Shown: positions 58,925 through 64,000 of the stretch, in pieces
How the letters are laid out: the number at the start of each line of letters is the position of its first letter
Numbering within the stretch: position 1 is the first letter of the stretch
From: Acidobacteriota bacterium
Lineage (GTDB): Bacteria; Acidobacteriota; UBA890; WLXD01
Direction: 5' to 3'
DNA length: 64,000 nt
NCBI GenBank assembly: GCA_963666215.2
Contig: CAXWPL010000002.1
Location: 64,001 to 128,000, forward strand
Position numbers and translations under genes: made by a program
The notes under the pieces: model-generated
Databases searched by the model: none
What the model was told of the DNA's origin: nothing
What the model saw: only the letters and a program-made list of their open reading frames with translations

Positions 58925-60010
58925 TCAGGACGCTCGTCGTCGGCCCGGAAGCATCAACAAGAGGAGAGCTACGATACCCAGGCTATAGTCCCATGCCTGC
59001 GATAGCACGTGCGTGGCGAAGCCAACGAGGACCATCGCTTGCGGTGGCAACGCGCCACCCTCCGCGCCGGCAAGCCCCTGCAGTCCACCGAGACTCTGCA
59101 GCCCCAGAGCCCAGGCTCCTTCCCAGGTCCCGAACCCGCCGAGTCCCTGTATCGGTAGCGCACCCGAGAGCTCACCTGCCGCCGCGCCCAGCGTGGCCAC
59201 GATCGGGTCGACGCCGCCCAGAGGCACGCCGTGGGGCACCAGAACGCTGGAAAGAAGAAGCCAATACGAGGCGTACTTGCCCACCCTGATGGCGAGAGAC
59301 AGCACCATGAGGGCGGGCAAGCGTGAGCCCGGGAGTTGGTCGCCGATCTGGCTCGCGACGCCGCGGGCGAGCGAGATCACCCCAAAGACCGTACCCGTGA
59401 CGCGCCCGGCCGACGATGCCTCGGTATCGCCTGCCGGGCGCGAACCCGCCCAGTGCTGGAGTCGCGAGGCTCCCCAGCGCAGCAGTGCAGGCGACGTCCA
59501 CAGCACCGCCCCCGCCGCAGCTGTGAGCGTTGCCGCGGCGACCACCAACGACGGCGCCGCGGGTGCGTCGCCGCTGCGCGCGGAAATCGCCGCCCAGGCG
59601 CAGATCGCCAGCAGAATGCCGAGGGCGGCCAGGTCGAGAAGAAAGGCGGCGTAGAAGGAGGCGACGGCACGATCGGCGGCTACACCGAGCCGGCGGTTGA
59701 GCAGAACCAGGTAGGAGAGCGAGCCGGCGCGGGCGGGCAGGAGGTCGACGAGCATGCCGCGCACCTGCGTCACCAGCGTCAGCGGCCAGAAAGGAACATC
59801 ATCCCCGAGAAGCAGCCGGTAGCGCAGCGCCCGCAGCAGCAGGACGAGCAACGCGATCGGAACGAACATCGCGATCCCACGCGGCGACGCGTCGGCGAAC
59901 GTCGACAGCAGCTCCTCGGCGCCGATGTCGCGCAGCAGCCACGCCAGAAGCCCAATCGCCAGCAGAGCCGACGCTCCGAACGTCAGCCATCGTGTGTGGA
60001 GCCCCTTCAT
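58925..60010 (-). CDS. LPG_synthase_TM (UPF0104) flippase-like membrane protein (start may be up to 60082)
   Basis: LRALRYRLLL, LLPARAG, LPIQGLGGFGTWE. Confidence 0.82.
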   Translation of the reverse strand: MKGLHTRWLTFGASALLAIGLLAWLLRDIGAEELLSTFADASPRGIAMFVPIALLVLLLRALRYRLLLGDDVPFWPLTLVTQVRGMLVDLLPARAGSLSYLVLLNRRLGVAADRAVASFYAAFLLDLAALGILLAICAWAAISARSGDAPAAPSLVVAAATLTAAAGAVLWTSPALLRWGASRLQHWAGSRPAGDTEASSAGRVTGTVFGVISLARGVASQIGDQLPGSRLPALMVLSLAIRVGKYASYWLLLSSVLVPHGVPLGGVDPIVATLGAAAGELSGALPIQGLGGFGTWEGAWALGLQSLGGLQGLAGAEGGALPPQAMVLVGFATHVLSQAWDYSLGIVALLLLMLPGRRRAS

Positions 60011-60071
60011 ACCGAGTGGTGCGGCCCCGCCGCGCTTGCCGGCCCGCGTGTCGCCCGCGGCGCCCGGAGGG

Positions 60072-60896
60072 TCAGCTTCCACCGTCCTCGGGCGCTGGCG
60101 TCGCTGCTGGCGCGCTACGACGATCGCGGATGGGCTTGGCTGGAATCCCGGCGACCACGGTGTAGGGCTCGGCGTCGCGAGTGACAACCGAGTTGGCACC
60201 GACGATGCAATCGTTGCCGAGGGTTACGCCGTCGAGCACCCGCGCACCAGCGCCGAGCCAGCAATTGCTGCCGATGTCGATCCCCGCGGATAGGCGTTGT
60301 TGCTGGCTCACCGCCACATCGGTGCGCTCGTGCGCGTGATCTCCACCGATGACGTAGACGTAGGCGGCGAGCAGTGTATTGGAGCCAATGCGCAGCTGGC
60401 TGCCCGAGAACACCGCGCAGTTGTAGCTGATGTTGACGCCGTCCTCGAGCCGCAGGTCGCCATCCTTGCAGGCGACGATGGTGTTGCGGCCGATAAAGAC
60501 GCCGCTGCCGATGCGGATCCCTTCGTTGCGCTCACCCTTGGCGTCGAGGACGCAGTTGTCGTCGACGGCGACGTTGTCGCCGAGATGGATCTTGTGCGGG
60601 TGTCGAAGCACGACGTTGCGGCCGAAGGTGGCGTTGCGACCGCAGCTTCCGAGCAGACGCTGGTAGAAGACGCGACGCAGCAGCAGCCCAAGAGCCCCGG
60701 GAACCCAGCTGGCAAGAAGCTGTGCCGCCTCGTAGCGGATCAGCGGCCAGAGTCCCCGTTGCCCGACGAACAGATCCTGGTAGCGCTGTGCTGCGCTGCG
60801 CGAATCGTCGAACAGCTCTCCCGGCACGCTGCTGGTGGCAACCTCGCGGTCGTGGTGGCTGGAGCCCGGATCTGGCGGCGTGGCGGAGGAGCTCAT
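60072..60896 (-). CDS. Hexapeptide-repeat acyltransferase
   Basis: Left-handed beta-helix repeats, GGDH, IGSNCWLG, VGANSVVT, AGIPAK. Confidence 0.9.
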   Translation of the reverse strand: MSSSATPPDPGSSHHDREVATSSVPGELFDDSRSAAQRYQDLFVGQRGLWPLIRYEAAQLLASWVPGALGLLLRRVFYQRLLGSCGRNATFGRNVVLRHPHKIHLGDNVAVDDNCVLDAKGERNEGIRIGSGVFIGRNTIVACKDGDLRLEDGVNISYNCAVFSGSQLRIGSNTLLAAYVYVIGGDHAHERTDVAVSQQQRLSAGIDIGSNCWLGAGARVLDGVTLGNDCIVGANSVVTRDAEPYTVVAGIPAKPIRDRRSAPAATPAPEDGGS

Positions 60897-60913
60897 ATCG
60901 TCGGGCTTGCTCT

Positions 60914-61918
60914 CTAGCGGGAGTTGAGCGTGGAGGTGGCTTCCGGGTTCGCGGATGCGTTCGCCGCAGCGCCTCCGGAATTCCGTCGGCCGAGCACGTA
61001 GGCGATCGCTCCCGGGACCAACGCTACTACCAAGGTGAACAGGACGACGAGCGTAACCGCGACCGCCGAGGTGCGGTCGCCGCCGAGCTGCGCCGCCGCG
61101 GCCACGAAGCCGAGTTGCTCCACGCCGAAGGTCGCGAGGGGCAAGCGCGCGATCAGATAGACGAGGGGGACGATCGCGGTCAGTTGTAGCAGACCGAGGT
61201 CGGCTCCGACGGCGCGCGATGCCGCGGCGTACAGCGCAATCGGAAACAAGCTCTCGAGCAAGGTCAGAAGCATGAAGGTGCGCATGGCGCCGGGTACGAG
61301 ACGCCATGCGGCGTAGTCGGCGCAGAGTGCTCCGAGCTTGCCCATGAACCCGCCGCGATCCGCGCTCGCTTTGGCGATGCGCTTGGCCAATCCGAACGAC
61401 AGCGGCAGCGCCAACATCAACAGGGCAAGGAGACCGGCCAGCCCGAGCCCCCAGCGCAGCGGCTCCACCTCGACCTGCATCTGTGTCGCCGCGATCAGCC
61501 CGACGCTGAGCAGGCACAGCAGTCCTTGGGCGAGGGCGCCGATCAAGCGCTCGATGGCAATCGACGATAGCAGTGCCGTGGTGGGCGCTCCGGCTCCCTG
61601 CATGGCGCCAATCCGAACGATGTCGCCTCCCACCGTCATCGGCAGGAACATGCCAACGAACGAGCTCACGTAGTAGCCGCGAATCGCCGCTGAAAGCGAA
61701 ACCGGCAGCCGTTTGGCGCGCAGCAACAGCCACCACTTGAACGCCATCAAGAGGCGGTCGGCGCTGTGCAGCAGCAGCAGGGCGGCGAGCCAGAACGGCG
61801 CCGCACCGCGCAACGCCGCGACGGTCTTGGCATCAGCCATGCTCGCCACCGCGCCGAGCAGCGCGATGCTGAGCACGACACGGACGATGGGCCCGAACGA
61901 CAATCCTCTGGCGCGCAT
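60914..61918 (-). CDS. LPG_synthase_TM (UPF0104) flippase-like membrane protein
   Basis: MAFKWWLLL, FLPMTVGGDIVR, IERLIG, LPLATFGVEQ. Confidence 0.85.
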   Translation of the reverse strand: MRARGLSFGPIVRVVLSIALLGAVASMADAKTVAALRGAAPFWLAALLLLHSADRLLMAFKWWLLLRAKRLPVSLSAAIRGYYVSSFVGMFLPMTVGGDIVRIGAMQGAGAPTTALLSSIAIERLIGALAQGLLCLLSVGLIAATQMQVEVEPLRWGLGLAGLLALLMLALPLSFGLAKRIAKASADRGGFMGKLGALCADYAAWRLVPGAMRTFMLLTLLESLFPIALYAAASRAVGADLGLLQLTAIVPLVYLIARLPLATFGVEQLGFVAAAAQLGGDRTSAVAVTLVVLFTLVVALVPGAIAYVLGRRNSGGAAANASANPEATSTLNSR

Positions 61919-62309
61919 GGCGCTCGCAGTGTAGGCGATCCGAGGCGCCCGCGATTCCTCGGGTTCAGCGTCTGCAGCGATCAGCCAGCGGCGGCGCGGA
62001 CGCAAGTGAGCGGCTGCGGCGAGGTGAGGCAGGGTCGGGTCGTGGTCTCTGAAGGTTGCGGAGCCGATCAGGCTCGCGTCGGATGTGTCGCGCGCGCTAG
62101 CCGCCGAGTGCTGGCCGCGCCATTTCACGCTGCATCCAGGCTCGGGAGGCGGTCAACAGGCGGTTAACCCGCGGCAATTCTTTCGTGGAGCCAATCCGGC
62201 CCGAAGAGTTGGTTCGGCACAGTCGCTTCTCCTCGTCTCGCTGAATCGCTCATCGGTCACCAGCGTAGACTGCTCTGGAAGGGATGGATCACCCGCCTCC
62301 CCTCGGAGC

Positions 62310-62377
62310 TTGCTTGGCTTGACAGTATTCCAGCCCGATCTCCGGATCTCAGCCCAACGCACCATGTCGACCCACAA
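62310..62377 (-). pseudogene. Possible IS21 transposase N-terminal remnant
   Basis: MVRWAEIRR...WNTVK resembles the IstA start (WAEIRR...RNTV) with the middle missing. Confidence 0.3.
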
Positions 62378-62379
62378 CC

Positions 62380-63525
62380 ATGTCGCCTAATGAGCCTCTG
62401 GTCTGGTCCGGCGACTTCGTCGGGGCGGCCCGTTACGCCTATCTCGACGCGGCCAACATCGCGCTCACGTACCGAGGCGCCGTCGAGGCGGTCACTTGCT
62501 GGTACCAGGAAACAGGGGAACACGGCAGCCTGTTCTTCGACGCCGAGGCGGAGGCACGAGCCTTTGTCCCGCTGCACGAGTGGGCGGCACGGCTACTCGG
62601 GGTCGAGGCCGAAGACATCGCCGTCGGTTCGAGCAGCACCGAGCTGCTGGGCTCGCTGGCCTGGGCGCTGGCACCGCCGCGTGGGAGCAACGTCATCAGC
62701 ACCGAGGCATCGTTCCCGAGCACGGTCTATCCCTGGTCGCGAGTGGCGGCTCACACCGGGTGCGATGTCCGGCTCGTGCCGGCCCTCGATGGCTGCGTCG
62801 ACGAGCAGGAAGTCGCGGACGCGATCGATGACAACACGGCGGTCGTCTGCCTGTCGCACGCAGAGTACGCGACCGGCCAGCTATACGACCTGGCACGTAT
62901 CGGGCGCGTAGTCCACGAACACAAGGCGCTGCTGATCGTCGACGCGATGCAAACAGCGGGGACGATCCCGATTGACGCTCGGTCCTTGGGAATCGATGCG
63001 TTAGTTTGCGGCGCCTACAAGTGGCTGTGCGGTCCGTTTGGCGCCGCCTTCATGTATCTGGCTCCCGGGCTCCAAAGCTTGCAGCCTGGGCTGGTCGGCT
63101 TCCGCAGCCACGCTCAAATGTGGGACCTGCAGGCGCGTCGGCTCGAGTTGCCCGACGGCGCCCGTCGCTTCGAGGCCAGTACGACGGCATTCGGAGCCGC
63201 TGTTGGGCTCGCAGCCTCGATCGAGTACCTGCTGGATATCGGCATCGATCGCGTTCGCAGCCACAACCGCAGACTGGCTGCGGTTCTTCGCGACGGCCTC
63301 GGCGAGCGTGGCATCACCGTTCACGGTCCCGCCGACCCTCGCGCTCAGACTTCGGTCGTACTGACCGCGGCTGAGGGGATCGCGCCGAACGTACTGGCAG
63401 GAACGCTCGCTGCTGCGGGGATCCGCGTGTCGCCGCGGGGCAGCGGCGTCAGGATCTCGCCGCATCTGTACAACGACGAGGCCGACATACAGCGGCTCCT
63501 CGAGCACCTGGACACCCTACGCTGA
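62380..63525 (+). CDS. Class V PLP-dependent enzyme
   Basis: YLDAAN, FPSTVYPW, VDAMQTAG, AYKWLCGPFG, RISPHLYN; no SufS/IscS catalytic Cys loop recognised. Confidence 0.9.
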   Translation: MSPNEPLVWSGDFVGAARYAYLDAANIALTYRGAVEAVTCWYQETGEHGSLFFDAEAEARAFVPLHEWAARLLGVEAEDIAVGSSSTELLGSLAWALAPPRGSNVISTEASFPSTVYPWSRVAAHTGCDVRLVPALDGCVDEQEVADAIDDNTAVVCLSHAEYATGQLYDLARIGRVVHEHKALLIVDAMQTAGTIPIDARSLGIDALVCGAYKWLCGPFGAAFMYLAPGLQSLQPGLVGFRSHAQMWDLQARRLELPDGARRFEASTTAFGAAVGLAASIEYLLDIGIDRVRSHNRRLAAVLRDGLGERGITVHGPADPRAQTSVVLTAAEGIAPNVLAGTLAAAGIRVSPRGSGVRISPHLYNDEADIQRLLEHLDTLR

Positions 63526-64000
63526 TCCTTCATGCCCCAGCCAGGCTGGGCTACAAGGAGCGCTTGGCTGCCCTGTCGGGCCTCCAGATGTTCCTGGCCT
63601 GGCGATCGAAACGGACCTCTGATCGCCTGCCTGCCCAAGGAAACACGCGTCCGTTCGAGCGCGCGCTCAGGTCAGTCGCGGACGACGTGGATCGACTAGC
63701 TCCTGGGGAGGATCTGGGACAAGCATCCGGTCTTCTTCGCCCAGCCCTTGCCGACTCCGATCCGGACCAAGCTGCCAGTCACGGTGTTCTCCGTGAGAGT
63801 GGTGTCGGAAGTCGGCAATCCCTCGTCGTATTGCCATTGGGCGTTGTCCTCCCCCACTGCGGCGATTACAACTGCAAAGCGGTATCTTCAACGCCACCCG
63901 TACGCATGGCCGCCGACAAGCCGACGAGCCAGTAGGTCGTTCGCGCGGAGCTCAGAGCCCGTGGTAGAAGCTGTAGACCTTCGTAGGGATCCCGGCGGTG

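Noticed and set aside
60897-61736. 554-aa ORF as one long acyltransferase
   Set aside because: The upstream half overlaps the flippase-like gene in another frame; homology begins near ATG 60896

Overview
A GC-rich bacterial chromosome segment. An Acidobacteriota origin is inferred from the GWxTD-type protein, the 'GTRLGPYEI' Ser/Thr kinase and the HExxH secreted protein. From left to right: (1) a housekeeping run ftsH-folP-cdaA-cdaR-glmM-pdxJ, then tRNA-Val(TAC) and tRNA-Asp(GTC). (2) A decayed integrative island of about 12 kb at the tRNA-Asp 3' end, with a candidate 10-bp att repeat CCGCCATTCT at 7591 and 19531. It carries a tyrosine integrase, an IS3, two inverted IS256 copies (one an in-frame IS6/IS256 chimera), IS6 and toxin remnants, an ATP-grasp + LLM monooxygenase pair and an FAD oxidase. 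(3) Transport and signalling genes: MFS, OPT, a Gld-like ABC system, a frameshifted GAF-PP2C and a NatAB-like ABC system with an in-frame TGA. (4) sodA, gnd and two convergent uncharacterised envelope/glycoconjugate gene blocks that flank a TonB receptor, an M28 peptidase, a dehydratase and two tandem lipoprotein methyltransferases. (5) A class V PLP enzyme. Seven genes show TANNNT-N6-9-start spacing, which suggests leaderless transcription. All product calls come from motif recognition by eye. No database search was run, so novelty is unconfirmed.
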